Positions 9,429 through 19,873 are shown, numbered from the stretch's first letter. The stretch: 64,000 nucleotides of DNA from Methanobrevibacter sp. (GCF_045539575.1 NZ_JAZQFM010000028.1:113687-177686); one strand, 5' to 3'. Numbers and translations are program-made. Notes: generated from the sequence alone by a model not told the origin.

Positions 9429-10216
9429 AATTAATGATTTATGACGACAAATGTATTGGTTGTGGACAATGTAAGTCTGTATGCATTAGAGATAATATTG
9501 AAATCGATGAAGTTGCCTATGAAACAGGCAGTAACTGTTTTGAATGCGGTCACTGTATGGCGATTTGCCCAACTGGTGCAATAACCCTTAAGATATTCAA
9601 AGGCCGTGAAAGTAGAATTGTAGATTATAATTCCAAGGAATCCCCTTTAAGTTATGGTGATTTATTGGAATTTTTAAAAAGAAGACGTTCTGTTCGTTGG
9701 TTTAAAAAGAAAAAAGTTGATAAAAATACATTTAAAAAAATATTTGAAGGAGCGTATTATTCTCCGTCTGCTCAAAACGAACAGGATGTTGAATTTGTTG
9801 TTCTTGACAAAAGATTAAATGACTTTATGAAACATGTCTATGATATCATCAAAGTCGAAGAGGAAGAATTTTTCAGAATAAAGCAGTTGGGAGAATACCT
9901 GAAGGACAGTTCAACAAGAAAATATCATCCTCTCTTATGGCAGGGCCAACAGCTGATATTGACATTCTCAACAGATAAGACAAGCGCTGTAATTGCAAAC
10001 ACCCGTATGGAACTGCTTGCATATTCATTAGGTCTTGGCGGTTTCTATTCATTATTTATTTTAAAGGCTGATGAGATTGATCATGATAAATTGATGGAAT
10101 TTTTCCCTCAAATTGATAAAAACAAGCATATGTACTCTTCTTTTATCATAGGCTATCCTAAAAAGACATTTAAAAGAACAGTTCCTCACAAGGACATTAG
10201 CGTTAAATATATGTAG
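9425..10216 (+). CDS. 4Fe-4S ferredoxin domain fused to nitroreductase family domain
   Basis: The N-terminus has CIGCGQCKSVC and CFECGHCMAICP. It is followed by RRSVRWF...PSAQNEQ (nitroreductase fold signature). ATGA overlap with the upstream gene. Confidence 0.75.
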   Translation: MKLMIYDDKCIGCGQCKSVCIRDNIEIDEVAYETGSNCFECGHCMAICPTGAITLKIFKGRESRIVDYNSKESPLSYGDLLEFLKRRRSVRWFKKKKVDKNTFKKIFEGAYYSPSAQNEQDVEFVVLDKRLNDFMKHVYDIIKVEEEEFFRIKQLGEYLKDSSTRKYHPLLWQGQQLILTFSTDKTSAVIANTRMELLAYSLGLGGFYSLFILKADEIDHDKLMEFFPQIDKNKHMYSSFIIGYPKKTFKRTVPHKDISVKYM

Positions 10217-10344
10217 AGAGACACTTGTGTTTCTCAAAATCTTTTTTTATACAATCAATTTTTAGATAATTTTAGTATTACCTAAACTTTTATAATATTT
10301 GAATTTCATATATTGTTTTATATAATAGAAACGGTCGTGATATT

Positions 10345-12837
10345 ATGGTAAAACATAAACATATGGATTTGCCAATTGAAGGAATGCATTGCGCTTCCTG
10401 TGTTTTAAGCGTTAATAAAACATTTGGAAAAATTGAGGGAGTAGAGGAAGTCGATGCTGACCTTGCAGCAAATAAATTACATATTACTGTCGATACTAAA
10501 AAAATATCTTATGAGGAAATGGAAAGATTGGTTAAAAACTTGGGTTTTGACCTTCACTCTGATGAAATGACTATAAGAATTCAGGGAATGCATTGTGCTT
10601 CATGTACAATGAATGTTGAGAATTTTTTGATAAGATTGGATGGAATTTTTGATGTTAAAGCGGATTTAACATCTCAAACTGCTAAAATCAGGTATGATTC
10701 ATCAAAAGTTACTTTGGATGAGATTGAAGAGGTGATCACTTCTTTGGGATTTGAACTTCTGGGTGTTGAAGGTCAAACTGAAATAGATGAGGAAGCAATC
10801 TATCAAAAGGATTTGGTTGAAAAACGTAATAGAATCATTGTAGGTTTGATATTTTCAGCTATTTTAATGATTTTAATGTTCAGCGGATGGGATCCTTTGA
10901 TGAGCTTCACCCACAGTATCCACGAAGCTACTGGAATTCATATTTCATCAATGGGATTATTATCACTTATTGTAAGTATCGCTCCGTTTTTATATGTTTC
11001 ACTGCCAATTTTAAAAGCAGGAATCAACGGATTGATGCATAAGAACCTGAATATGGATGTAATGTATTCAATGGGTGTTCTTGTTGCTTACATTTCAAGT
11101 ATTTTTGGAACATTTGGCATAGTTTTAGACCATACTTTCATGTTTTATGACTCTGCAGTTATGCTTCCTTCATTTTTAATGATTGGAAGATATCTGGAGG
11201 CAAGAGCCAAGAAAAGAACCTCCGATTCAATTCGTGAACTGATTGGTCTTCAGCCTACTGTTGCAACCGCTATTGAGCTTGATGAAAACAATGAAGTAAT
11301 TTCTCAAAAAGAGGTTTCAATCGCTGATATCGTAATTGGTGATTTGCTATTGGTAAAACCTGGAGACAAGATTCCAGTGGATGGTGATGTTATTGGCGGA
11401 GAGTCCTATGTGGATGAATCCATGATTAATGGAGAACCGATTCCTAAAGTCAAAAAGGATGGTGAAGAAGTCTTTGCTGGAACCATCAATCAGGATGGAG
11501 TCTTATATATCAAGGCTCAAAAAATAGGCAAGGAGACTGTACTGTCAAACATTATCCGTTTGGTTGAAAAGGCACAATCCTCAAGGCCTCCTGTTCAAAA
11601 ATTTGCAAATACTATTGTAAGCTACTTTATTCCGGTGATTCTGACAATTGCAATCGTTGTGTTCTTGATATGGTATTTTGTATTGGGCGCTACATTGCTA
11701 TTCTCACTGACATGCCTTATTTCAATATTGGTTGTTGCATGTCCATGCGCATTGGGTCTTGCCACTCCGACTGCCGTAACTGTTGGTGTTGGAAGAGCTG
11801 CCGAATACGGTATTCTAATCAAAAATGGGGATACATTGGAAAATGCAGGCCAAATTGATGTCGCTGCATTCGATAAGACCGGAACAATAACTGAAGGAAA
11901 ACCTGAAGTTGACGACATAATTCCTATTGACTGCTCCGAGGAGGAGTTGATTAAACTTGCAGCAAGTGTGGAGCAAAACTCCAATCACCCTATTGCAAAA
12001 GCTATTGTAAACAAATCAAAAGAGATGAATTTGGATTTGGACTCCACCAGTGAATTTGAAAATGTAACCGGTAAGGGTCTTAAGGCCAAATTAAATGATA
12101 GTGATGTTTTTGCAGGAAACCTTTCACTGATGCAGGCTAACGATATTGATGTTTCAGGCGAGTTGGTTGATAAATATCACGAACTTGAAAAGCTTTCAAA
12201 AACCATTATCTTTTTAGCACAGGATAAGTCAGTTAAAGGTATCTTAAGCTTATCCGATAAAATCAAGGCTAATTCTAAAAGGGCAATTGATGAATTGCAT
12301 AAGATGGGCGTTAAAACCTATATGCTGACAGGGGACAATGAGTCTACAGCACTCAATGTTGCCAATGAGGTGGGAATTGATAATGTCCGTGCTGGAGTAT
12401 TGCCTGAAAACAAACTTGAAATAGTCAAAGAAACTCAGGCAAATCACACCAAGAAAGTATTGTTTGTTGGAGACGGTATCAATGATGCTCCGGCATTAAC
12501 ACAAGCCGACATTGGTGTTGCTATGGGTAATGGAACTGATATTGCTATGGAAAGTGGTGACATCGTTATCATGGAAGGCGATTTGGAAAATGTTGTTGCG
12601 GCTGTACAGTTTTCCAAAAAGGTAATGAGAAGAATTAAGGAAAACATCTTCTGGGCCTTTGCTTATAATTCAATATTGATTCCTATTGCAGCAGGTGTTT
12701 TATATCCTGCATTCGGAATAACATTCGAACCGGCATTAGCTGGTCTAGCAATGGCTTTAAGTTCTGTTACAGTCATATCTCTTTCATTAATGCTTAAGAG
12801 ATATGTTCCTGAAATAAAAAGAGAAAGTAAAAATTAA
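10345..12837 (+). CDS. copA: Copper-translocating P1B-type ATPase
   Basis: Two N-terminal HMA domains (GMHCASC twice), the CPC motif (VACPCALGLATP), DKTGTIT, GDGINDAP and the TGES-equivalent region. 830 aa. Confidence 0.9.
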   Translation: MVKHKHMDLPIEGMHCASCVLSVNKTFGKIEGVEEVDADLAANKLHITVDTKKISYEEMERLVKNLGFDLHSDEMTIRIQGMHCASCTMNVENFLIRLDGIFDVKADLTSQTAKIRYDSSKVTLDEIEEVITSLGFELLGVEGQTEIDEEAIYQKDLVEKRNRIIVGLIFSAILMILMFSGWDPLMSFTHSIHEATGIHISSMGLLSLIVSIAPFLYVSLPILKAGINGLMHKNLNMDVMYSMGVLVAYISSIFGTFGIVLDHTFMFYDSAVMLPSFLMIGRYLEARAKKRTSDSIRELIGLQPTVATAIELDENNEVISQKEVSIADIVIGDLLLVKPGDKIPVDGDVIGGESYVDESMINGEPIPKVKKDGEEVFAGTINQDGVLYIKAQKIGKETVLSNIIRLVEKAQSSRPPVQKFANTIVSYFIPVILTIAIVVFLIWYFVLGATLLFSLTCLISILVVACPCALGLATPTAVTVGVGRAAEYGILIKNGDTLENAGQIDVAAFDKTGTITEGKPEVDDIIPIDCSEEELIKLAASVEQNSNHPIAKAIVNKSKEMNLDLDSTSEFENVTGKGLKAKLNDSDVFAGNLSLMQANDIDVSGELVDKYHELEKLSKTIIFLAQDKSVKGILSLSDKIKANSKRAIDELHKMGVKTYMLTGDNESTALNVANEVGIDNVRAGVLPENKLEIVKETQANHTKKVLFVGDGINDAPALTQADIGVAMGNGTDIAMESGDIVIMEGDLENVVAAVQFSKKVMRRIKENIFWAFAYNSILIPIAAGVLYPAFGITFEPALAGLAMALSSVTVISLSLMLKRYVPEIKRESKN

Positions 12838-12842
12838 TTGGT

Positions 12843-13694
12843 CTATTGATCAATTAATTCTAATTTTAATTTTCCAAGTTTCGGTGCAAGGATATTGTAG
12901 AATGCAGCTAAAAGTGCACCTTCAATAAATGAACCGATGAAACCGCCTATGATATTTCCTATTGCAGTCATTATGTTTCCGCCACTAACTAATGATATGA
13001 GTGCGATAACCAAATTCAAAATTCCTGCAACAGCTGCAAAAACAATAGCTAATTTTAAAATATCAACAGACTCGACTGAAGTCATGTTGCCTTCTTTTGA
13101 TAGTTCTACAACAGCTCCTCTTCCAGTACTTGCAACAATGTTGTATATGTAACATCCAAGCAAAACAAACACGAATGTGATGATGAATGTACCAAAAATT
13201 ATCATAGCAACTGTGGTAGGTTGACTTAATAGATATATGAATTGATAAAGGCTATATGCTAGCAATTGTTGGCCTGAATACATCAATGTTTGCATCATTG
13301 CGTTTAATAATAATGGAACCAGGAATACTGATGCGAGATAAAGTAAAATTACTTGTATTGTCAGTATCATGGCTGTAATGATTGCAGTTGAAGTAGTAGA
13401 AATTTTAATAATTTCTTTGTCATCTTTAAAGGCAACTTGTATTGTATTGAGCTTTGTAGCCAATAGATTGTAAAGGAATCCTTGACAAAATGAGTTGTAG
13501 GTAGTATACATTAGGGTTCCGACTACTATTGTGGAAACTAAGTATACTGAAATTCCCATGGCTGCAGGGCTCATTACTCCGATTGCAATTACAAGTATTA
13601 TTGAACTGATTATTGAAAATAAAACAGCAATCGCAGTTGAAATAATAGTGTATGATGACAAATCAACTGATTTTAATTCTTTTACACTACTCAT
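12843..13694 (-). CDS. Polytopic membrane protein of unknown function
   Basis: 283 aa, about 8 hydrophobic helices. Has three internally similar modules, each ending in Y-N-[LI]-[LV]-A. Confidence 0.55.
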   Translation of the reverse strand: MSSVKELKSVDLSSYTIISTAIAVLFSIISSIILVIAIGVMSPAAMGISVYLVSTIVVGTLMYTTYNSFCQGFLYNLLATKLNTIQVAFKDDKEIIKISTTSTAIITAMILTIQVILLYLASVFLVPLLLNAMMQTLMYSGQQLLAYSLYQFIYLLSQPTTVAMIIFGTFIITFVFVLLGCYIYNIVASTGRGAVVELSKEGNMTSVESVDILKLAIVFAAVAGILNLVIALISLVSGGNIMTAIGNIIGGFIGSFIEGALLAAFYNILAPKLGKLKLELIDQ

Positions 13695-13703
13695 TTTTTA
13701 CAC

Positions 13704-15053
13704 CTAAAACCAATCTTTTGATTTTTCAAGTAATTCATCGATGATTATTGAAATGGAACCGACGTAAGTGTGAGGATCCATTATTTTTTCAACGTCTTCT
13801 TCAGTTAAGTATTTTTGAACTTCTTCATCTTCCAAGATTAATTCGCCTAACAGGAGTTTTTCTTTATTGGCTTTAATTGCATTTTTTCTTACAATTCCGT
13901 AAGCAGTTTGTTTTCCCATTCCTGCACGTGTAAGTTCTGCCATTAATCTTTCAGCCATAATTAAACCGTTAGTTAAGTTTAAGTTTCTTTCAATATTTTC
14001 ATCATAGAAAATGAGGTTGTTCATTAATTTAATGGTTAAATTGAGAATGTAATCGGTTAAAATGCAGCTTTCCGGAAACATAATTCTTTCACAAGATGAG
14101 TTGGTCAAGTCTCTTTCGTGCCAGAGAGGGTTGTTGTCCAAAGCAGCATTGACATAGGATTTGACGATTCTTGCAACACCACAGATTCTTTCTGCTGTAA
14201 TAGGATTCATTTTGTGCGGCATGGTACTGCTGCCCACTTGTTTTTCAGGGTCAAAGAACTCTCCGACTTCCATGAGTTCGGTTCTTTGTAAACTTCTGAT
14301 TTCTAATCCTATTTTATCTAATGTACTTGCAATATTTGCTAAAACGCTAATGAATTCTACATGATTGTCCCTTTGAACAACCTGGTTTGTAATTGTTGCA
14401 GCTGGAAGACCTAAAATTTCAGCAACGGTTTTGTGGATTTCCCATCCTTGTTCGCCTAATGCAGCGGTTGTTCCAACAGCACCGTCCATCATTCCAATAC
14501 AAACATTTCCTTCAGCATGCAATAATCTTTCGTATTGTCTGTGGAGTTCGTCAGCCCAAATACCGAATTTCATACCGTATGTTGTTGGAAGTGCATGTTG
14601 GCCGTGTGTACGTCCGATACATACTTTCATTTTGTTTTCTTCGGTTAATTTAAGCATGATTTTTGTTAATCTTTCTAGTTTTTCTTTTAATACTGCGATT
14701 GAATCGCGAATAAGCAATGAATTTGAACTGTCTACAATATCGTTAGATGTAGCTCCAAAGTGAACGTATTCCCCTGCACCATTTTCACAAACTTCTGTAA
14801 TTGATTTGGATAATGCTGCAATATCGTGGTTGGTTTCAGCTTCGATCTCTTTCATTCTTTCCAGTTTAACATAATCAGTATTGGCTTTTGCAGCAATTTC
14901 ATCTGCAACTTCCTGTGGGATGATTCCAAGTCTTCCTTCGGCCTGTGCCAATGCGGATTCTACATCGAGCATTCTTTGTAATTTGTTTTCTTCTTCCCAG
15001 ATGCTTTTCATTTCTGGGGTTCCATATCTAAATTCGATTGGATGTATAGCCAT
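13704..15053 (-). CDS. purB: Adenylosuccinate lyase
   Basis: 449 aa. Has the fumarate-lyase signature GSSTMPHKMNP, an N-terminal PIEFRYGTPEM, and HFGATSNDI. Confidence 0.9.
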   Translation of the reverse strand: MAIHPIEFRYGTPEMKSIWEEENKLQRMLDVESALAQAEGRLGIIPQEVADEIAAKANTDYVKLERMKEIEAETNHDIAALSKSITEVCENGAGEYVHFGATSNDIVDSSNSLLIRDSIAVLKEKLERLTKIMLKLTEENKMKVCIGRTHGQHALPTTYGMKFGIWADELHRQYERLLHAEGNVCIGMMDGAVGTTAALGEQGWEIHKTVAEILGLPAATITNQVVQRDNHVEFISVLANIASTLDKIGLEIRSLQRTELMEVGEFFDPEKQVGSSTMPHKMNPITAERICGVARIVKSYVNAALDNNPLWHERDLTNSSCERIMFPESCILTDYILNLTIKLMNNLIFYDENIERNLNLTNGLIMAERLMAELTRAGMGKQTAYGIVRKNAIKANKEKLLLGELILEDEEVQKYLTEEDVEKIMDPHTYVGSISIIIDELLEKSKDWF

Positions 15054-15206
15054 TTATATCAACTCGTTTTTAATTCATTATGTTATAATATATGTATTCC
15101 GTTCCTTAAATAATATTGTTGTATATTCCCACAAAACATTTATATATCTCCCATTTAAGAGATTATATCAACCCCTGTAACCTTGAGGTTATGGGAGGGT
15201 GAGTAT

Positions 15207-15410
15207 ATGGAAACAAAAATACGGCTATTACGCCAAGAAAAAGGCATTACTCAACAGGAATTGGCTGAATCTGTTGGTGTAACTCGCCAAACAATAAACG
15301 CTTTAGAAAATGCTCGTTATAATCCTTCCTTGTTATTAGCCTACAAAATCACAAAGGTTTTGGGCAAAAATGCTATTGAAGAGGTTTTTGTGTTTAACGA
15401 AGATGATTGA
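15207..15410 (+). CDS. XRE family helix-turn-helix transcriptional regulator (short, about 67 aa)
   Basis: [44 protein letters not shown]. The ATG at 15207 is preceded by GGGAGGGTGA. The ORF-track TTG at 15183 is less likely. Confidence 0.85.
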   Translation: METKIRLLRQEKGITQQELAESVGVTRQTINALENARYNPSLLLAYKITKVLGKNAIEEVFVFNEDD

Positions 15411-15505
15411 ATGAGATTTTGAATTAGTTAACTCAATGGCTAGTTTAAGTTAATATATATGCTATTTTATTTTTTTTTATTATTTTTTTTATTTAATTAA
15501 AGAGA

Positions 15506-16279
15506 TTGTTTTCAGATATTATGTCCCTATGCAACGATGTTATTAAAAATATTAAGGTTAAACATTTAATTATTGTTATAATTCTTTTATATGTGTTTTT
15601 ATATGCTTTGGGGCAGTTTACATCAGTTATTAATCAGAAATGGTTTTACGTTTTTGTAATTTTCTATTTCATGTTTATGTTGAGGAATTGTTTTGAAGAT
15701 TTTAAAAACGATTTTTGCAATGTTTTTTCAAAAACAATGCTGAAACAAATTCTTTTAATAGTGGTCGTCAATATTTTCTTTTCATATGGGATGCTTTATG
15801 CGGCAAATTATCTGGCGGTCAGTTTTCCTGGTTTGGATTTTTTAGTGAATTTCGCTGTTCCTTCAATGTCACTGCTTAGTTTTTCACCATTGATTTCCAC
15901 CATTTTTGTTTCTCCAATTGCTGAAGAGCTTATATTTAGGGGAGTCTTGTTAAACAGGTTGAAGATTTATGTCCCTACCGTATTTGCGGTTTTAATCTCA
16001 GCATTGCTTTTCGGATCTCTTCATAATTTTGGAAGCATCACATCAGCGATTGTATTTGCAATTTGCATGGCTATTCTGTATTTGAAGAGTGAAAATATTT
16101 GTGTTCCTATTTTGGCTCATTTTTTAAACAATCTATTTGCTGAAAGCATAAGGCTCATTGATGTGGGTGAGTTATTGTTTACAAATAATGCTGTAATGTT
16201 GATTATGAGTATTTTAGCTATTTTGTCTGCAATATTTTTGTTAAGGTTCATGGCTCATGAATTGAATAACATTAAATAA
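15506..16279 (+). CDS. CPBP family intramembrane glutamic endopeptidase (CAAX/Abi-type)
   Basis: Polytopic membrane protein with the PIAEELIFRGVLL motif, a later FGSLHN, and HFLNN. An alternative ATG start is at 15521. Confidence 0.8.
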   Translation: MFSDIMSLCNDVIKNIKVKHLIIVIILLYVFLYALGQFTSVINQKWFYVFVIFYFMFMLRNCFEDFKNDFCNVFSKTMLKQILLIVVVNIFFSYGMLYAANYLAVSFPGLDFLVNFAVPSMSLLSFSPLISTIFVSPIAEELIFRGVLLNRLKIYVPTVFAVLISALLFGSLHNFGSITSAIVFAICMAILYLKSENICVPILAHFLNNLFAESIRLIDVGELLFTNNAVMLIMSILAILSAIFLLRFMAHELNNIK

Positions 16280-16301
16280 TTAGTTGTATAGACTATTTAT
16301 C

Positions 16302-16700
16302 ATGGATTTAAGAAAAATTGGTATTGCATTAATATTTGTTGGAATAGTTTTAACTGTCGTATTTCTAGACAATGAAAAGATTTTTGTCCCTGCATTGACA
16401 ATAACTGTTTTGGGCTTTTTCATAACTGTCGTCGGTTTTGTTTCTGAAATCAGAAAACAAAAAATCAAAAATGATAAGTTGGATGTTGATATTGGCAAAG
16501 TTCTTCAACCTTTGATTACCAAATATTCCAATTTGAATAAACAGTATCGCAGTGAATTCACTGGAGATGAATATGTTCAAAAAAGATTACAGTTAAATCA
16601 GGATTTAGAAAAGGAAATAACTGAAAAGCTTCCTTATTTGGAAAGCAGGGAAATAAAAAAGATTGTTATTCAATTTTCTAAAGAACAGGATAAAATGTAA
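16302..16700 (+). CDS. Small membrane protein with C-terminal charged helix, unknown function
   Basis: Two N-terminal TM helices (IGIALIFVGIVLTVVFL and VPALTITVLGFFITVVGFV) are followed by a K/E/Q-rich tail. Start set at the ATG at 16302. Confidence 0.5.
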   Translation: MDLRKIGIALIFVGIVLTVVFLDNEKIFVPALTITVLGFFITVVGFVSEIRKQKIKNDKLDVDIGKVLQPLITKYSNLNKQYRSEFTGDEYVQKRLQLNQDLEKEITEKLPYLESREIKKIVIQFSKEQDKM

Positions 16701-16727
16701 TCCTATTTTTTTTCACTTATTTTTCAA

Positions 16728-16772
16728 TGTACAAATTATGACAACAAGGTTTTAAATAGTACATTATATAAA
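16728..16772 (+). promoter_or_regulatory. trp operon promoter: TATA box with TGTACA-type boxes
   Basis: TGTACA at 16728-16733, AGTACA at 16758-16763, and TTATATAA at 16765-16772. The TATA box lies about 20 nt before the trpE ATG (16792), which implies a leaderless or very short leader. Confidence 0.45.
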
Positions 16773-16791
16773 GATTATATCAAGTGATATA

Positions 16792-18288
16792 ATGTTTTCC
16801 CCAAGTTTAGAAGAGATAAAAAATATAGCAAAAAATGAGGAGTATAAGCGTATTCCGGTTTCATATGAATTATTTTCGGATATTGCAACTCCAATCGAAG
16901 TTTTAAGAGTATTGAAAAATATCAGTAAGCACTGTTATATGTTGGAAAGTATTGAAGATGCGGAAAAATGGGGAAGATACTCTTTTTTAGGTTTCAATCC
17001 GCTTTTGGAGTTTACCTGTCAGGACGGTATTGTCAAAATTAAAGGCAGCGAAAACTTTGATGAGTTCAATGATGATGAAATAACAATTGAAACCGATAAT
17101 CCAAGTGAAATAATTAAGGATTTGGTAAATAAGAATAAATCTCCAAAAATTGATTATCTGCCTCCTTTCACTGGCGGTTTTGTCGGATATTTTGCATATG
17201 ACTACATAAAGTATGCTGAACCTTCCCTTAATCTTGATGCGGAAAATCAGGACCAATTCAAGGACATTGACCTGATGCTGTTTGACAAGGTAATAGCCTT
17301 TGATAACTTCAAGCAAAAGATTATTCTTATTTCAAATATAAAGACTGACGATTTGGAAAGCAATTATGAAAAGGCTTGTGCTGATTTAAAGGAAATTGCA
17401 GACTTAATCAAAAATGGAAAAAAAGCTGAAATAAAACCATTGGAGTTAAAATCAGATTTCAAACCCGTATTTTCCCGTGAAAAATATTGCGACATGGTTT
17501 TAAAGGCTAAAAATTACATTAAAGAAGGAGACATTTTCCAGGTTGTCCTCTCAAACAGGATTGAGGCTGACATCACCGGAAGTCTGTTCGATACTTACAG
17601 GGTTTTGAGAACAACAAATCCTTCTCCATACATGTTTTATTTCTCAAGTGATGACATTGAGATAGCCGGTGCATCTCCGGAAACTCTAGTGAAACTTACA
17701 GACAAAAAATTGTTCACATTCCCTCTTGCCGGAACAAGGCCTCGTGGAAAAACCGAAGAGGAAGACTTGGAGCTTGAAAAGGAATTGCTCGCTGATGAAA
17801 AGGAACTGGCTGAACATAATATGCTGGTGGATCTTGGAAGAAACGACATTGGAAGAATATCTGAAATCGGATCCGTCAATGTTGAAAAATACCTGTCAAT
17901 TGAGAGATTTTCACATGTGATGCACATCGGTTCTACAGTTAGCGGAACCTTAAGAAGCGATTTGGACTCTCTTGTTGCGATAGATTCAATTTTACCTGCA
18001 GGAACATTGTCCGGAGCTCCAAAAATAAGGGCCTGTGAAATAATAAACGAACTTGAAGATAACAAAAGAGGAATTTATGGCGGGGCAATTGGATATGTTG
18101 ATTTGAGCGGAAATATTGACACATGCATTTCAATTAGAATTGCCTTTGCAAGAAATGACAAGGTGTTCATACGTTCAGGAGCGGGCATAGTGGCCGACAG
18201 CGTGCCTGACAATGAATTCGATGAATGTTTAAACAAAGCCGCTGCCGTAATAAATGCATTGGAAATTGCAAACGGAGGGATAGAATGA
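16792..18288 (+). CDS. trpE: Anthranilate synthase component I
   Basis: 498 aa. Motifs: LLESIEDAEKWGRYSF, IFQVVLSNR, PSPYMFYF, GTLSGAPKIRA, GIYGGAIGY. Confidence 0.95.
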   Translation: MFSPSLEEIKNIAKNEEYKRIPVSYELFSDIATPIEVLRVLKNISKHCYMLESIEDAEKWGRYSFLGFNPLLEFTCQDGIVKIKGSENFDEFNDDEITIETDNPSEIIKDLVNKNKSPKIDYLPPFTGGFVGYFAYDYIKYAEPSLNLDAENQDQFKDIDLMLFDKVIAFDNFKQKIILISNIKTDDLESNYEKACADLKEIADLIKNGKKAEIKPLELKSDFKPVFSREKYCDMVLKAKNYIKEGDIFQVVLSNRIEADITGSLFDTYRVLRTTNPSPYMFYFSSDDIEIAGASPETLVKLTDKKLFTFPLAGTRPRGKTEEEDLELEKELLADEKELAEHNMLVDLGRNDIGRISEIGSVNVEKYLSIERFSHVMHIGSTVSGTLRSDLDSLVAIDSILPAGTLSGAPKIRACEIINELEDNKRGIYGGAIGYVDLSGNIDTCISIRIAFARNDKVFIRSGAGIVADSVPDNEFDECLNKAAAVINALEIANGGIE

Positions 18289-18869
18289 TTCTTTTAATAG
18301 ATAATTATGATAGCTTTTCATATAACTTGTATCAATTGATTGGTGAAGTAAATCAGGATATTAAAGTAGTCAGAAATGATAAGATAACCATTGAAGAAAT
18401 TTCCGAATTGGATCCTGAATGCATAATTCTGTCCCCAGGTCCTGGAAAACCTGAAGATGCGGGAATTTGCATTGATGTTGTTTTAAATTTCTCAGGTAAA
18501 ATTCCAATTTTGGGGGTTTGCTTAGGACATCAGTCTATCTGTGAAGCGTTTGGCGGCAAAATATCTCATGCGAAAAGACTGATGCATGGAAAAACTTCAA
18601 GAATTTCACTTGATTATGATTTCATATTCAAAGGGTTGCCGACAGAAATTGAGGTTGGAAGATATCACTCATTAAGCCTGGTTGATGACAGTATTCCGGA
18701 CTGTCTTGATGTGATATCCAAGGCTAAAGACGACGGCGAAATAATGGCGGTGAAACATAAGGATTTCAATGTTTACGGTCTTCAGTTTCATCCGGAATCA
18801 ATTCTTACTCCGGATGGGTTAACAATTATTGAAAATTTTTTAGAAAAGGTTGAGAAAGGGATTTTATGA
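18285..18869 (+). CDS. trpG: Anthranilate synthase component II (glutamine amidotransferase)
   Basis: [40 protein letters not shown]. The ATG at 18285 overlaps the trpE stop (ATGA), so the ORF-track start at 18225 is rejected. Confidence 0.95.
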   Translation: MILLIDNYDSFSYNLYQLIGEVNQDIKVVRNDKITIEEISELDPECIILSPGPGKPEDAGICIDVVLNFSGKIPILGVCLGHQSICEAFGGKISHAKRLMHGKTSRISLDYDFIFKGLPTEIEVGRYHSLSLVDDSIPDCLDVISKAKDDGEIMAVKHKDFNVYGLQFHPESILTPDGLTIIENFLEKVEKGIL

Positions 18870-19873
18870 TTAAAGAAGCTATTTTAAAGGTATATAAAAA
18901 TGAAAACTTAACATATGATGAAGCTTACCAAACTATGGATGAAATCATGAGCGGTGAAGCTAGTGAAGTGCAGATGAGCGCATATTTAACCGCAATGTCC
19001 ATGAAAGGTGAAACAATCGATGAGATAACCGCATCTGCTGAGGCTATGAGGGCTCACTGTGTAAGGCTATTGAATGACAAGGAAGTTTTGGAGATTGTTG
19101 GAACCGGTGGTGACGGTTCAAATACATTCAATATATCCACAACATCCTCAATTGTTATTTCAGCGGCAGGAGTTCCTGTGGCAAAACATGGAAACAGATC
19201 TGCATCAAGCAAATGTGGTGCTGCTGATGTTTTAGAGGAATTGGGTGTCAATATCCATATTGAACCTGAGAAAAGCTTGAAATGTTTAAAGGAAATTAAT
19301 TTATGCTTCTTGTTCGCTCAAAACTATCATATTGCAATGAAATACGTTGCAGGTGTCCGTAAAGAGTTATCAATCAGAACAATCTTTAATATTTTGGGAC
19401 CGCTGACAAGTCCTGCGGGTGCATCCATGGAAGTGCTGGGAGTTTATGAAAAAGACCTTGTAGAACCTTTGACAAAAGTTTTAAAAAACTTAGGTGTTAA
19501 ATCTGCATTGACAGTTTATGGTGTTGATGGAATGGATGAAATTTCCGTAAGTGATAAGACTTCAGTCTGTGAGCTTAAGGATGGTGAAATCATGGCCTAT
19601 GAGATTACACCGGAATACTTTGGAATGGAAAAGGCTTCTAAAGAGGACCTTGTTGGCGGAGATGCTAAAGAAAATGCAAAAATCACATTGTCAATTTTGA
19701 ATGGTGAAAAAGGACCTAAAAGAAATGCGGTTTTACTTAATTCAGCAGCAGGTTTGTATGTTGCGGGCGAAGTCGATTCTCTGCGCGAAGGTGTTGAACT
19801 TGCAGAGGAAATCATTGATTCCGGAAAAGCATTGAAACAGTTAGAAAGATTTATAGAAATTACAAACAGTTGA
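18866..19873 (+). CDS. trpD: Anthranilate phosphoribosyltransferase
   Basis: Motifs: [41 protein letters not shown]. Overlaps the trpG stop. Confidence 0.95.
   Translation: MIKEAILKVYKNENLTYDEAYQTMDEIMSGEASEVQMSAYLTAMSMKGETIDEITASAEAMRAHCVRLLNDKEVLEIVGTGGDGSNTFNISTTSSIVISAAGVPVAKHGNRSASSKCGAADVLEELGVNIHIEPEKSLKCLKEINLCFLFAQNYHIAMKYVAGVRKELSIRTIFNILGPLTSPAGASMEVLGVYEKDLVEPLTKVLKNLGVKSALTVYGVDGMDEISVSDKTSVCELKDGEIMAYEITPEYFGMEKASKEDLVGGDAKENAKITLSILNGEKGPKRNAVLLNSAAGLYVAGEVDSLREGVELAEEIIDSGKALKQLERFIEITNS

Noticed and set aside
18225-18284. Upstream extension of trpG (MFKQSRCRNKCIGNCKRRDR)
   Set aside because: It overlaps the 3' end of trpE in another frame. The conserved TrpG N-terminus starts at the ATG at 18285, which forms an ATGA overlap with the trpE stop.
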